Positions 48,601 through 62,076 of a stretch of 64,000 bases of DNA are shown here, one piece after another. The translations under genes were made by a program, and so were the position numbers. Origin of the DNA: Azolla caroliniana (lineage: Eukaryota > Plantae > Polypodiophyta); NCBI GenBank assembly GCA_043228905.1, contig JBHGNT010000004.1:9610001-9674000 (forward strand), in the 5' to 3' direction. Within the stretch, counting starts at the first letter, position 1. Each line of letters opens with the position of its first letter. Under the pieces are notes generated by a model. That model had not been told where the DNA came from, ran no database searches, and saw nothing but the letters and a program-made list of their open reading frames with translations.

Positions 48601-51429
48601 AGCCATGAAGAAGCTTAAGAAAATACTACGGAGGGCGGAATCACTTAAACATCCGAGCTATGACCGACCGATCATAGTAACGGTTGACACGAGTCAAACC
48701 GGAATCGAATGGGTCATCAATCAAGCTGACTCGGATGGTTCACGATATCCGATCCGATTCAGAGCAAAGGTTCTCAACGAAAGGCAACACGGGTATGCAC
48801 AAGTCAAAAGAGAGTTATGGGGAGTCGTGCCGGCAATCAAATTGGATCGAGATTATTTGATCGGAGCCGAAGTAGTGATCAAAACGGATTGTCTTCCGAT
48901 ACTTGGGATGATGTGATGTTGCACGATACCAGATGTGGCTATGCTAAGATGGATTGCATATGTTAAGTCGCTTAACCTGGACGTACGACACATCTCCGGA
49001 AAAGATAACGTGGTAGCGGATATGCTATCAAGGGCTTAGTTCTGAGACGACATATCTGAATCCGATAATGAAGAAGTTTCGGAAGACTACTTTGCTTCGA
49101 AGCACATATGCCGATTAAACGTAATCCGAGAATTCCGAGAAGAAGAGTACAAGGGAGAAAGCTTGATGATCAGGAAGGTGCTACAAGAGATTGAGGAATC
49201 ACCGTATGATAAAGAGAAGAGAGCCGAGATCCGAAGGAAGAAGAGGCAAGTCCAAAAGTTCTTCTTGAAAAATGGATTAATATGGAGGGAGCCAAAAAGA
49301 CCGGATGGCATACCACTTTGGGTAGTCGGGATGAAAGAGCAACGAAACTGGATAATGTCCGAGTTTCACGAATCCGATTGGGCGGGACATCGAGGAACAT
49401 GGGCAACTTTTGTGAAAATCAAACAAAAATATTGGTGGAAGAATATGTACAAAGATATAGCGGAGTTCACGGAGAGCTGCGAGAAGTGTCAAAACTACTT
49501 CGAAGTTCGACACCGAGACGAGTTACATCCGACATTGTCACCAACAATCAACTTCAAATGGATTGTCGACATTGTAGCCATGCCAACTAGGATCGGACAA
49601 AAGAAGTACTTGGTGTTAGCTCAGGAAGATCTCATAAACCAAGTAGAAGGTCGAGCGCTATGGAGGAAAACGTGTTCTGCGGTATGCCAATTCCTTTTGG
49701 AAGAAGTGTTTTGCAAGTACGGGTGCGTAGGAAAAATGATTGCGGATCGGGGAGAACTCGACTCTGATAAAGCTAGGGAAGTCTTCATCAAACATGGAGT
49801 TCGATTAACACTAACAACGACATACAATCTAGAGGCCAACGGAAAAATCGAACGAGGACATAGTCCAATCGTCAAAGCACTTGCCAAAGCATGCGACAGA
49901 AGGGTGAAGGATTGGCCGCAGATGCTCCCGTATGCACTATGGGCGGATCGGACAACGCATAGCTCCGTAACCGGTTATATGCCGACTGAACTTATGACTG
50001 GACAAGCACCGGTAATGCCGACGGAAACCGCGATCGCAACATGGACAATGCTACCATGGAAGGAAGAGATGAGCTGGGAAGAACTACTAGCGGCCCGGAT
50101 ACGACAACTAGAGGGAAGACCGGAAGACATAGCGGAAGCAACACGCCAACAACAAGAAGCGCGATTCAGGAACAAAAGCCTATTCAACACAAAACATCGA
50201 CTACGACCGCGGAAGATTGAAGAAGGAGATTGGGTGATTGTCTATGATAGTAGTCTGGATCATCAACATACAACGATACGAAAGTTTGCGAAAAGGTGGT
50301 TCGGGCCATACGAGGTTGGAAAAGTTTTCGACAACGGAACTTACCGACTATGCGAGTTGGATGGGACGATACTACGAGTGCCTATAGTGGGGAAATGGGT
50401 AAAGATCTTCAAGAAGCGGACTGACAACGAACCTTATGTAACCCTAGACAAGACCGACAACGAGGAGCAACCAGACAAAGATCGTGGTGATGCGGAAAGC
50501 GAAGAAAGTGGTCTACAATTGATGGTTGATATAAGGGAGGAATTGGGTAGTGCTATGGATGAAGACGAACAACAGGCATCGGGAACTTCGGCACCCGGGT
50601 TTGGAGGGGGCGAGTGTCGTAGTGTCATTCGCACACTACGTGAAAATTGCATTTTTGTCCCTCTGGATGGAATCGGTAAGGAGGAACCGGTGAGAACCGG
50701 ATGAAGGATGGAATCGGTAAGGAGGAACCGGTGAGAACCGGATGAAGGATGGAATCGGCAAGGAGGAACCGGTAAGGAGACCCGGTAAGAACGGGATCAA
50801 GCAAAACTGGCAAGAGCCGGATAAAGAAGGCCGGTGAGAGTCTCTCACCGGATGAAGACACAAATTTGTAAATAAAAGAAAAGATTGTTACATGCATAGG
50901 GCAAGATTCGAACCCTATACCTCCTTGTTAACGATTTTTAAGCCTTACCACTATACTAGCATATTATAAATTGTAAAGTTATACTAAACTTTATCCCATG
51001 TAAATATTCTAGATATGCATGGTACAAAAAGTTATTCATGCATACATACTCGAGTTAAAAGATGGCATACGTACTAAAGTTAGGAAAAGCATGATGTTTG
51101 CATGTGATAAACTTAGACTCTTCGAACACTATATAAGGAAGAGAGAAAGATGTATAGGGGTTGTTGATTTTTATAAGGTTTGAATAATATAAAATAATCG
51201 TGGGATTCACGATTTTACCATCTATTTCTCTCTTACAATCTAAGTATCAATTAATACACTATACTCGTGGGATTCACGAGTTTCATATCTTCTTCTTGCA
51301 ATCTCTTCCTAACTAACATTATCTCATATTCTTCTTTCTCCTAGTCCAAAACCCCAACGGTTCCCACCCAACTCATGCAAACGATCCAGCGCCGAAAGGC
51401 ACGAAAACATTGTCGTGAAGGATTACGAC
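45650..51429 (+). mobile_element. 5'-truncated degenerate Gypsy element C (relative of A/B)
   Basis: gag has CIWCDSTEHDRRDC and PR has LIDHGS. RT has LPQGATNS/FLDD, and integrase lies at 49163..50704. The PPT is at ~50603-50614 and the 3' LTR at 50615-~51429, with 41-bp tandem repeats at ~50665-50775. Confidence 0.9.
50898..50960 (-). promoter_or_regulatory. tRNA-like A-box/B-box cassette in the LTR of C
   Basis: The minus strand reads TAGTATAGTGGTAA ... GGTTCGAATC. Confidence 0.6.
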
Positions 51430-51682
51430 CATAAAGAGAAATGGACCCAAGTGCACGCCAACGGGTGTGTGCACCAATGCACATGAACCAAGTACTAGGT
51501 AGTAGGATGTAATGAGGTACGTAAAAGTCACACACCTAGAGAAAGAGATCAAGGAGTGGGGGGATCTCTGATACCAATCACAATGTAACGGTCTCCCCTT
51601 GTGCTATAAAAGGGAAGACTTTAGCCTGTTTTAGGCATCCGGTTTTGGGAGGACGAAGTGTTGTCGGTTTGTGGGCTGAACT

Positions 51683-52445
51683 CTCTCTTCTTCTTCTTTT
51701 TTGTAAATCAATGTTTGTTATTAAAACAAGATGATAATACAACCCTCGCTATCTTCACTACTTCATAAATAGTGATAGTGCAAGGGAAACCCTCTCAACT
51801 GCTGTAAAACTAGATGACATAAGTCTATCTCCTCTTGGGACAAGATCCCCATACAACATAGTTTTGAAAATTGCCAAATCAATTTCCCTTTCATCCTACG
51901 GAGTTGTTGTGTTATCCCATGAAGTCCATCAAACAAGAACTCATTTCTCATGGTCCAATTAAACCATATCCCCCAATATCTAAGGTAATCAAAAACCACC
52001 TTATATGATGGTGTGGGCATAACTTTATCCTCATCCATATAAACCCATTTATAAAGTGACAAAATATTTTCTATTATCGATGCCCAAATTTGTGACATAA
52101 TCACCCAAATGGCCTATGTCTGGCATCTTCTTCAACCACCGTACAAGAAAAAACATGTCCCATTCGAAATATGTCTTCGTTTTAAGGTCATCGCCAAAGG
52201 CAACCCACCAACTATGGCACGCCAAAGAAACACCATTGCACGGAATGGAAGATGAGGTTGCCACCCTACATCTAAAACTCTACGCCACCACTTTACATTT
52301 CTAGTAATGCTCCATGTATCCAACACCTTATTTGCTAACCAAGCTCTATCTTCAACCAACTTATGGTGTGAGGGAAATAGCGCGGAATATTGCTCGGCCA
52401 CAACCGAGTCTTGAATCACTTGTCGATGAGAATCAAACACAGAAA
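51683..52445 (-). mobile_element. 3' fragment of an L1-clade LINE, related to the one at 1-1042
   Basis: HLPFRAMVFLWRAIVGGLPL...TCFF, with an AAAAAAGAAGAAGAAG tail similar to that of the first LINE. Confidence 0.8.
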
Positions 52446-53920
52446 TGGGAAGTAGGGAGATTGGTACGCATACGCACATGCACACAAACAACGATAGAGG
52501 ATACACAGGATGTTTATGTGGGAAAACCCTAACAGGGAAAAAACCACGGGAGCCCACAGACTCCAAAATATCACTAAATGAGAAAGGTACATTCAGAGAC
52601 TCGGAGGCAACGACCTCGAGCTCTATTTCTTCGCCGAGCGGCGGTTATGACAGAGTATCACTCCGTATCTCTCTCTATATATATACAACAGTTATGCACA
52701 TACAAGAATATGACAATAACCTTACAAAGTGATTGCCCTAAGTCATATTTATACTTATATAAACTTAGGGATATTCACAAATATAGCCTCAATAGGCTTA
52801 CTCAAAACATATTTACAAATATGTCTTCTCTTTCAGTTCTCACCGGGTCCATCTGATCCATAACTGGATCCCATCTAGAGGGACCTCCGTGTGGATCTTT
52901 GACTGTCGTAGTAGAGCCGGTATTCCTCCTGTTGGATCCCTAACTCTTCGATGAACTCCTTCATCCAAATTATTTCCTTGCCAGCTTCGACAGCTACCAT
53001 GTACTCCGCCCGCTTCCGTGGTTGACAACGCAACCATCTTTTGCAGCCTCGACTACCATGAAACAGCTCCCCCTACATAAGTCATGACATATCCGGATGT
53101 AGACCGGCTGGTATCTACATCAGCCGACATATCCGAATCCGTGAATCCGTCAAGTTGGGGATTACCGAAGCTGAACCGGAGGCACATACTCAAGATGCCT
53201 TTCAGATACTGGGGTATCCACTTGACCGCGTTCCAGTGCTCTTTTCCGAGATTTCTCATGAATCGGCTCACCAGTCCGATTGCATATCCGATATCCGGTC
53301 GGGTACATACCATTGTGTACATCAAGCTCCTGACAGCAGAGGCATATGGTATCTTCATCATATTTGTCTTCTCTGTCTTTGTCCTCGGTCTTTGTTTTCC
53401 AGATAGCTTGTAGTTTGCCGGAAGTGTCGATCTGATCGGTTTTGCCTCCGACATGTTGAACCGTTGAAGTACTTTTGTCACGTACTTCTCCTATGACAAC
53501 CACAACTACTTTTTCGACCGGTCCCGGATGATGTGCATTCCCAATATCTGTCTTGCCGGATCCAAGTCTTTCATTGAGAAGGTCCGGTTCAAAGCCTTCT
53601 TCAGCATCCAAATCTTGCCTTGGTCTCATCTGACGATCAACATATCATCCACATATAGGAGTATCAGCAAATCTCCTCCATCAAAATTCTTCACAAACAC
53701 GCAGCAATCGGCCTACGTCTTGTGGTACGCTTGGTCAGTCATGAAGGAGTCGAACTTCTGGTACGATTGTTGGGGGGCTTGCTTTAATCCGTATAAGCTC
53801 TTCTTCAGCCGGCACACTAGGTGTTCCTTCCCTTTCTTTTGAAATCCTTATGGTTGATGCATGTAGATCTCTTTTTGAGGTTGCCATGTAGGAACGCTAT
53901 CTTAATGTCCAGTTGCTCTA
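52446..53920 (-). mobile_element. Copia fragment 4 (LTR-like end + degenerate RT/RNase H)
   Basis: GLKQAPQQ, LLYVDDML, CTRPDIGYA and VALSTTEA. The LTR boundaries are approximate. Confidence 0.75.
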
Positions 53921-54420
53921 CGTTGAGATACAAGCTCAACATTGGCTAGGTCGGTTGTGCAAGCCGAGAACCGGATCGGTGCGTAAACTGGTGCGCAAAC
54001 CAGGAGGCTGTTGAACAGATATTCCGCGAGGGAATATATTTGGGAGTTAGTGAAGCCGCTCAGTTATGAGCATTGAAGTACATGTCAGTACTTTTGTCAG
54101 TCTATATGGATTTGTATAAAAGTGCTCTCTAAGCACATCCTATGTACAAAGTTTACACATTATTCCAATTCAGTTTTTCTGTGTGTTTTTCCCTCTCTGT
54201 TTCTCCCGCGTACATTGTGTCTTAAGCTATCCATTAAACTTGTTTTTTTCTCTATCGGTATTCTGTGTTTCGTATAGCTTCCGCACGTAACATTTCAAAT
54301 AGTATCAGAGCGCGAGGGTTGAGAACCTCTACAGTCAACTTCAGCCCGAAACAAAAAAAAACCTAATCTTGGTGAAGAACAGAAAGGAAAAAAATTGGAT
54401 CGAGAAATGGCTAGTTCATG
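53921..54420 (+). mobile_element. Copia 5' LTR + degenerate iMet PBS + leader fragment (relative of Copia 1)
   Basis: TAGTATCAGAGC at 54300-54311 is followed by AGGGTTGAGAACCTCTACAG, as in the Copia 1 leader. Confidence 0.7.
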
Positions 54421-57400
54421 TTACAGGTTGGCAAGAAGGCTTAAGGAGGTCCAAATCAGAGTGTGAAAAGGAATAGTTATTCGGGAACTGTTGTAATTAG
54501 TAATCTTATTAATATATTGGAAGATGTGGACGCCATCTCCGCCATCCATCGCAGCTTGTCTTTTTCCTGCAGCACTTTCTCTTTTTCCTCCTTCAGCCGG
54601 TCGTAAGCATGATGTCCTTTACGCAGGTTTTCCTCTGCCCGGCGAAGGTTCTCAACAATATTTTTTAATTCTTCTTCGGCCGCCTTCTTCAAGTCGCGTT
54701 CGCGGCTCCGTAATGCTTCTTGTGCGGCGAGCTCATCTCGTAATTCCGCAAGCTCGTGGGCTTGCGCCGCATCTTTCTCCGGGACAGTTTGTGTCTCCGG
54801 GGTCTTATTCCTCTGTACATCAACCGAAGTCACCGGTGCTTGGATTTGCGTTGCGGTTAAGGCCATTTTGGCCATATCTCCTGTGATCCGATCCAAGTCT
54901 TGTTCGAGGCACCGGATCCTTGACCGGGCCGTCTCTAGCTCATCGGTTGTGACGAGCAACCGTTCCGTTTGTGCTCTTTCCTCCGCCTCTATGCATCCGA
55001 CTACTCCGACAATTTGTTCTCCTACCCACCGGAGCCATTGGCTGCCGGTGCACTGTTGTTGCGCTTGCACGGAGAGTTGGCTGATGGGTTCACTCACCGG
55101 TGGCTGGTCCCGCCTTACTACGTCGAGCTACGCTTCTGGTTCTGCCAGCTGACCACTTTGTCGTTCCAGCTCTGAGTGTGTTTCGGTTCACCGCCCCTTG
55201 TCTGCTTGTTCTTAGTCGGCTGGGGCGGTTGGCCTTTGTATATCCGGCTCTTGAGTGACGGGGCTTGCAGGCGCTGCCTGTTGTGCTGGGACTTCTGTGA
55301 CCAGTTCCATCCGAACTAGTTCCGGTGCCTCCCTTGGCGTGGGTTGCGTAGCGTGAGTTGCGGGTGTTCCATCCTTCTGTGGGTCCGAACGCTTCCCAGC
55401 TGATTCAGCGGTGCTCTTCACTGGCCGCCGCTGGAGGTGCTCCGTGGGTTCTTCCTCCATTTCTTCCGCCTGAGTCCCGTCATTCATTCTTGCCGCCAAG
55501 GTGTTTGTTTCCTATTGCACCGGTCGGTGGAGTGGGCTCTTCAGGGGCCGTGCCAGTGTCTCCTCACTTGCATCCGTCGGCCACTTCCGCATGGCGCGTT
55601 CCTTTGCCACCTTCTCTGCGTCGGCCGTCTTCCCCTTAGTGGCCTTGGAGGCCAACAGTTGTTGCCGTTTCGAAGCAGGTTTCGGGGTGTCGTCCGTTGC
55701 TCTTCCCCCTTCTTGGTTTGGACGGGCTCGACCGGTGGCGCCAGCAGGGTGAGCCATTGTGTCACCGCATGCCATATTTTCTGGCCTTCCTTGCCGTCCT
55801 TTCCTCTTACTATATCAATGGTCGTACACAGCCCATCGGCGATCAGCACCGGCCAATCTACCTTGACCCCTTCGTAGGTTGCGATGATCAAGCTTGCTCG
55901 GTTCTGAGGCATGACGGGGGGTCAAGGGTACACGTCGCCGAACTCATGGAGCACACGGGCAATTTCGCGGAATAGCATATCTTCGCCACCCTGTGTCCTG
56001 TAGCCCTTGCTGGCTAGAGAGTACTCACCGAAATATTTGATGAGTTGCTCGGAGGTAGGATTGTCGATCGTGTAGATGCCTCCCTCCGGAAGGCCTATTA
56101 ACGATGTTCGATAAGCCCAAAGCGCACTATGTAGCTTCGTATCCCAATCCGTCCGGTTTTCGTTGAGGATTTTCCGGAGGATATTCTGGAGCGTTTTGTT
56201 CGTCGACTCAGCTAACCCGTTTTCTTGCGGATAGTACGGTGTGCTTTGTTTATGTACTACCGCATAGAACATCATCAAACTTTCTACCACTTGTCCAAGA
56301 AAGTGCCCTCCTTGGTCGCTTATCAGCTCTATGGGGCATCCGTACCAACACCAAATGCATTCGTATAAGAATTTTGCCGTCGACGCCGCGGTGTTGTCTC
56401 GTAGGACTTTCGCTTCCACCCACTTAGTGCAGTAGTCCGTCGCGACGATCACGTACCGGTTGCCGGTTCTCATTGCCGGTGGTTTAAATGGCCCGACAAA
56501 ATCCAACCCCCATTTCTGGAATGGTTCTAGTGGTAGGACCGGCTGGTGTGGCATCCGAGCTTGCTCCGTTGCATGGCCCATTCGTTGGCATAGATCACAC
56601 TCTTTCGCGTATCGGACTGCATCTTTCAATGTGGTCGGCCACCATAGGCCACTTTGCCATACTTTCCTTGCCGTCACATCTTTGGCATAATGGTCTCTGG
56701 TGACTCCGCAGTGTGCTTCCCGTAGTATTACCTACTTCTCGTCACTGCGCACAGCTCGTCGCCATATACCGTCCGCACCCTTGTGGTATAGCGTGTCCTG
56801 TACTAAACAGAAGTGCCGACTTTGTACCGCCAAGCGTTTTCTCTCGTCCCGGTTCATCTCCTCCGGAGGCCATCCGGTACTCAGAAACTGGTGCATATTA
56901 GTTAGCCACTTATCTTCTTGTGCCACCGTTTCATCTGTTGCCGTTTCCGTGGTGACTCGAAAAAGCTCCGCATCCGGAAACTCGTCCGGTACTCCATCTC
57001 CCGTCTCCCCGGAATCTAACCGGCTTAGATAATTTGCCACCGCATGTTGTATGACAGGTCGGTGGAATATCTCGAATTCAAACTCCTGCAACAGCAAAGT
57101 CCACCGGATGATCCACTTGGAAGGAGAACTTTTTTCCCAATAAATAATGCCTGAATTTTGTTACACTGTAGATCATTCCTAAAGCTTCCCTTTCCGTGGT
57201 AGAATAATTTCGTTCCGCTTGGGATAACTTCCGGCTGGCATAGTACACTGGTCGGTACCACCTTGGCTCCGTAAGCTGCATGAACGCGCTGTCGATTGCG
57301 ATGTCAGAGGCATCCATGAACACATGAAACTCTTTACTCCAATCCAAAGGCTGCACTACTGATGCTTGTGACAATAACACCTTTAGTGCCTTGTACGCCT

Positions 57401-58590
57401 TGTCTTCGATGTTGGTCCATTGGAACGGTGTTCGATGTACTGCCGTATGCAGAGGTGTAGCCAGGTCTGCCAAATATCGGAGCATACGGCTATGCCAGCA
57501 GATTTGTCCTAGGAAACGGCTCAATACCTTTTGCCGTTGCTGGTGCCGGTGCTTCCCAGATTGCTTTCACTTTGTTCGGATCTACGGCAATGCCTTCCTT
57601 GCTTACTATATGCCCTAGTAGCGTTCCGATGGACACTCCAAATACACTCTTCGTCGGATTCAGGTTTAGCCGGTACGCCCTACACTTCTCCAGACATAGT
57701 CTAAGGTGCTGCAAATGGTCTTCTTCTCGGCTATAGACGGCGAAGTCGTCAAGGAATACCTGCATAAAAGATGGTATGTATTCGCCAAAGATCTCCATGA
57801 TGATCCCTTGGAATGTTGCTGGTGCCGTTTTCAGACCGAACATCATCACCACGGCAAAAAACACTCCCCATTCGGTGACGAAAGCCGTTTTCTCTTGATG
57901 ATCAGGATCTGATTATACCCGCTGAATCCGTCTAAGAAACTGTAGACTTCATGGCCAGCGACGACATCCAAAACCCCATCCGTAAACGGAAGTGGAAATG
58001 CATCCGTTACCGTTGCCGCATTGAGCTTCCGGTAGTCGACACAAACTCTAATTTTGTCGTTCTTCTTTGGTACGACTACAATCGGGCTCAACCATGTACA
58101 TTTCTTTACGGAACGGATGAAGCCAACCCTCAGCAATTTGTTGATTTCCTCCTTGGCTTTGGTGGCGTAGTTTGGGTTCATCCGGTACCGACGTTGTGCT
58201 ACCGGCTTAGCGTCTTTGCTCAGGTGTATCTGGTGTTGATACAACTGAGGATCCAGCCCTCTCATATCCTCGTAAGACCAGGCAAATAAATCGCGAAACT
58301 CGTTGAGGAGTGTAATTATCGCCATTTTGTTCTTTGCATTCATTTCTTTGGCAACGTGCACTAGTTTTGCCTCCTCCGCCGTACCTAGATTTACCTCTTC
58401 CAATTGAGATGCTTTTACACGCTGTGATACGGCCATTTCTCTTTCCAATGCCTCCTGCGCTTGCCGTAACTCCTGTCGAATACATGTGTATAATGGAAGC
58501 AATGTCGTCAGTGCGGAAGATCTTGAAGCACTCGATTCCTGTTTATTCCCTGCGTATGACAGAATGTAGGTAGTTGCCCTAAGTCGGTCA

Positions 58591-61500
58591 CTATATATAG
58601 TGACCTTGTAACCTCTTTGTGAGGTTGGGTGTTGTATTATTGCTTTGTGAAATAAAGAGTCTTTTGTGTCTCTCTCTCTCTCTCTCTCTCTCTCTGTCCA
58701 TCAGGTACATAAGGGAGCCGACTGCCGGTGCATACGGTACCGACTTCATATCTTCCCCCTCCGAACCGGATGTCGGGCAGTCTCGCTGAGAGAGCCGAAG
58801 ATTCATAGGGAGTGGGGTTGAAGCAGATTTGGCTGATTGCATGTTGAAGCGTTCCAAGACACGTCCGATATAGTCGGTCTGAGACAAAAAAAGATGTCGT
58901 TTATCGCGATGCCGACTAATCTTCATGCCAAGGATGTGTCGTGCCGGACCGAGGTCCTTCATGGCAAACTTCAACCGCAGTTGCCGAACGAGATCGGCAA
59001 GTTCGCCCGCGTGGCGTCTAGAAATTAGCATGTCGTCCACGTAAATGATGAGGAAGATGGGTGATCCATCTTGAGCTGTGTTGGTGAAGAGACAATGGTC
59101 CTCATCGCTTTTGGAGAAGCCGATTGATTGGATGAAGTCGTCGAACTTCTTGTACCATTGTCGCGGTGCCTGTTTGAGGCCGTATAGACTCTTCCTGAGT
59201 CGGCAGACTAGATGTTCTTGGCCAGTTGCCACGAAGCCTTTTGGCTGCTCCATATAAATTTCCTCCTCGAGATCACCATGGAGGAAGGCTGTTTTGACAT
59301 CTAGCTGAATCAGCTCCAAGTTGTCGGCTGCCACGACGCCGAGCAGAAAACGAAGGGTTGTCATTTTCACCACTGGTGAAAAAATCTCGTCGAAGTCGAC
59401 GCCATATTCTTGTCGGAAGCCCTTCGCAACTAATCTGGCCTTGTACTTTGGGGTGGTCGAATCAGACGTCTCTTTTAGTCGATAAACCCACTTGCAAGGA
59501 AGAGCACGTCGGTTCCTAGGTAATTCGACCAGATCCCAAGTCTTGTTTGCCCGGATGGAGTGCATTTCCGACTCCATCGCCAGATGCCAGGTGGCCGAAT
59601 CGACAGATGTCGATGCTTCTTCGTAAGACGTCGGTTCGCCGGTGTCGGTGAAGAAAATTCCAGGAGAATACCTCTCCGGAGGTTGCGACAGTCTCTCGGA
59701 TCGTCGAGGTATGATTGGACTGGTCGCATCGGGTATCGAGGTCGGATGGTCCGAAACCGAAACATTCGGCTGTGCCGAGTCAGAGTTGTCCGAGTCGGTA
59801 GTATAAGGTTCAGCTACCCGTGAAGCTGACCGTGTGTTGAGAGCGGGGCCTTCTTGAAGGGTCGGCACATCGGAGAATGTTACCCTTCGGACTTCGATCG
59901 GTTTGTCGACTGATGGATTCATAGCCGACTCGTTGAACACAACGTCCGAACTTCGAACGATTTGTCTGCGTTCGGGGTCCCAGAGTCGGTATCCCATTTC
60001 GCCGTCTGATCCATATCCAAGGAAAATGCATTTCCTGGACCGAGGTGCAAGTTTTCGGCGATCATCTTTCGGAATAAGGGCGTACGCCTCGCATCCGAAG
60101 ATCCTCAGCTTGTCGTAATTCGGCTTGCTGCCGATCCATAATTCCTGAGGAATTTGAAGTCCTAGAGGTCTACTTGGCGACATATTGATTATGTGTACTG
60201 CCGTGAGTAGAGCCTCTGCCCAGAAGCCATCCGACAGTCGGGAGTGTTGGAGCATGGAAACTATCCGTTCTTGGATTGTCTGATTCATTCGTTCTTCAAT
60301 CCCGTTTTGCTCCGGACTGTGTGGTGCCGTAAATTCACGTCGGATGCCGCGTTGTCGGCAGAATTTGACGAATTCGTCGGATTTGAACTCTCCCCCATTA
60401 TCGGTCCGAAGGCATTTCAGCTTTCGGTCGGTTTGATTTTCTACCATAGCGAGCCAATCGGTGAAGATCGAGAAGACACGATCTTTGGTGCGAATTGGAT
60501 AAGCCCACACCTTTCGAGTCGAATCGTCAATAAAACTGACGAAGTAAGAGGCACCGCCTAGAGACTGATTCGGCATTGGGCCACAGACGTCCGAATGGAC
60601 TAAATCGAGAGGTCTCGTTTCTTTTGGTGCTGATGTCAGGTGTGATGCGGCTACTTGTTTGCCATACTGGCAATGCTCGCAGAATTGATGGTCCGAGAAG
60701 GAGAGTTTGGGGATGTATCCGGCGCTAGATAGGTGCGTGATGCCGGCCTTGCTGAGGTGTCCTAATCTTCGGTGCCATAATGATGACACAGGAATATCCA
60801 CCAAAAACAGGTTACCCTCTCTGAGCGTAACATGTAACGGATACAGTGAGTGTATCTTGGGTCCTCTAGCAAGCAGGAGGTTCCCCCTGTGGAGTGTCCA
60901 CCCTCCCGAAGAAAAACCGGCACGAATGCCGTCTTCATCTAGTTGTCCGACTGAGATCAATGGCCTTGTGAGCTCGGGTACATGTCGGACATTGTGGAGT
61001 ACAAGTGTAGAGCCCCCTGCAAGGTTGAGCTCTACTGTGCCGATTCCGACGATGTCACAGTGTTGTGAGTTGCCGACTCGAACTGAGTCGGAGTGACGGA
61101 TCGTATATTGCCGAAATTGGGATCGATGAGGAGTCACGTGAAATGACGCGCCCGAATCCAAGAGCCATGTGCTCGATTCTTCAGTCGTGAGTAGAACTTC
61201 TGATCCGACTGGATTTTCTATTGATAGTATATTCGGGTCGTCCGGTAGTACATCAGCTGAGAAGCTGACGTAATTGATCTCCTCATGCCGGCCACTCTTC
61301 TTGTTGTTCTTGTTCTTGAGTGCGCGGCAGTCGGCTTTGATGTGTCCGGGTTTCTTGCAATAGTTGCAGATTCGGTTATCCCGTGACTGGCTCCGTCTTC
61401 GCTGATTGTTCGGCGGCCGTGAGGAATCTCTTCCTCGTATGTTCGATCGGTCTGTCGAACCTTGTACTACGTAAGCGTCGTCTGTTGAGTCTTTGGCGAA

Positions 61501-62076
61501 AGACTTTCTCCGAGCTGCTTCGGTCAGGATTGCGCTCGTGACTTCGGAGTATTTAACAGCCGTGGTTGACGCGTTGCACACGGTTGTGACGAAAGTTTCC
61601 CATGATGGGGGAAGGCTGCTCATGAGTATCATTGCTCTGAGTTCATCCTCGATTGCCGTCCCCTGTGACGAGATTTGGGAGCTTATGCTTTCGTACTCAT
61701 TGAGGTGTGCTTGGACCGAATCGGATTCTTTCATCCGCAAGTTGTAGAGGCGCCGGATCAGAAACATCTTCGTTGCGGCGACCTTCTTTTCGTAAGTGTC
61801 CGACAGTGTTTTCCATAGTTCGAATGCTGTCGTACACGATTGCACCGTAAAGTATACCGATTCCGATAGGTGCATCCGAATCGTGGCGCGGACGATTCGG
61901 TCCAGCTTCTGCCACTCAATTGGTTTGTATCCTTCTGGAGGTTCTTCATTTTCGATGGGATCGATTTGCCCCTTGACTATGAGATAGTCCTGCATTTGTT
62001 CCTTCCAGAAGTTGAAGTTCGATCCATCGAACTTTCGTAGACTCATTTCTGACGAGCCGGATGTTGATGCCATCAA
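58591..62076 (-). CDS. Copia gag-PR-INT-RT polyprotein (inverted block; the last ~35 codons read into the LTR)
   Basis: 1161-aa uninterrupted ORF with CNYCKKPGHIKADC, WLLDSGAS, VHSDVCGP, QLDVKTAFL and IYVDDML. Confidence 0.92.
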   Translation of the reverse strand: MMASTSGSSEMSLRKFDGSNFNFWKEQMQDYLIVKGQIDPIENEEPPEGYKPIEWQKLDRIVRATIRMHLSESVYFTVQSCTTAFELWKTLSDTYEKKVAATKMFLIRRLYNLRMKESDSVQAHLNEYESISSQISSQGTAIEDELRAMILMSSLPPSWETFVTTVCNASTTAVKYSEVTSAILTEAARRKSFAKDSTDDAYVVQGSTDRSNIRGRDSSRPPNNQRRRSQSRDNRICNYCKKPGHIKADCRALKNKNNKKSGRHEEINYVSFSADVLPDDPNILSIENPVGSEVLLTTEESSTWLLDSGASFHVTPHRSQFRQYTIRHSDSVRVGNSQHCDIVGIGTVELNLAGGSTLVLHNVRHVPELTRPLISVGQLDEDGIRAGFSSGGWTLHRGNLLLARGPKIHSLYPLHVTLREGNLFLVDIPVSSLWHRRLGHLSKAGITHLSSAGYIPKLSFSDHQFCEHCQYGKQVAASHLTSAPKETRPLDLVHSDVCGPMPNQSLGGASYFVSFIDDSTRKVWAYPIRTKDRVFSIFTDWLAMVENQTDRKLKCLRTDNGGEFKSDEFVKFCRQRGIRREFTAPHSPEQNGIEERMNQTIQERIVSMLQHSRLSDGFWAEALLTAVHIINMSPSRPLGLQIPQELWIGSKPNYDKLRIFGCEAYALIPKDDRRKLAPRSRKCIFLGYGSDGEMGYRLWDPERRQIVRSSDVVFNESAMNPSVDKPIEVRRVTFSDVPTLQEGPALNTRSASRVAEPYTTDSDNSDSAQPNVSVSDHPTSIPDATSPIIPRRSERLSQPPERYSPGIFFTDTGEPTSYEEASTSVDSATWHLAMESEMHSIRANKTWDLVELPRNRRALPCKWVYRLKETSDSTTPKYKARLVAKGFRQEYGVDFDEIFSPVVKMTTLRFLLGVVAADNLELIQLDVKTAFLHGDLEEEIYMEQPKGFVATGQEHLVCRLRKSLYGLKQAPRQWYKKFDDFIQSIGFSKSDEDHCLFTNTAQDGSPIFLIIYVDDMLISRRHAGELADLVRQLRLKFAMKDLGPARHILGMKISRHRDKRHLFLSQTDYIGRVLERFNMQSAKSASTPLPMNLRLSQRDCPTSGSEGEDMKSVPYAPAVGSLMYLMDRERERERERHKRLFISQSNNTTPNLTKRLQGHYI

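Noticed and set aside
51430-51680. Possible additional LTR/PBS fragment (CTCTGATACCA near 51566)
   Set aside because: No partner LTR, TSD or coding sequence is available to define an element.
58669-58695. (CT)n/(GA)n microsatellites (also ~36980, ~40927, ~63707)
   Set aside because: They are an integral part of the Copia 3/5 family LTR, not independent features.
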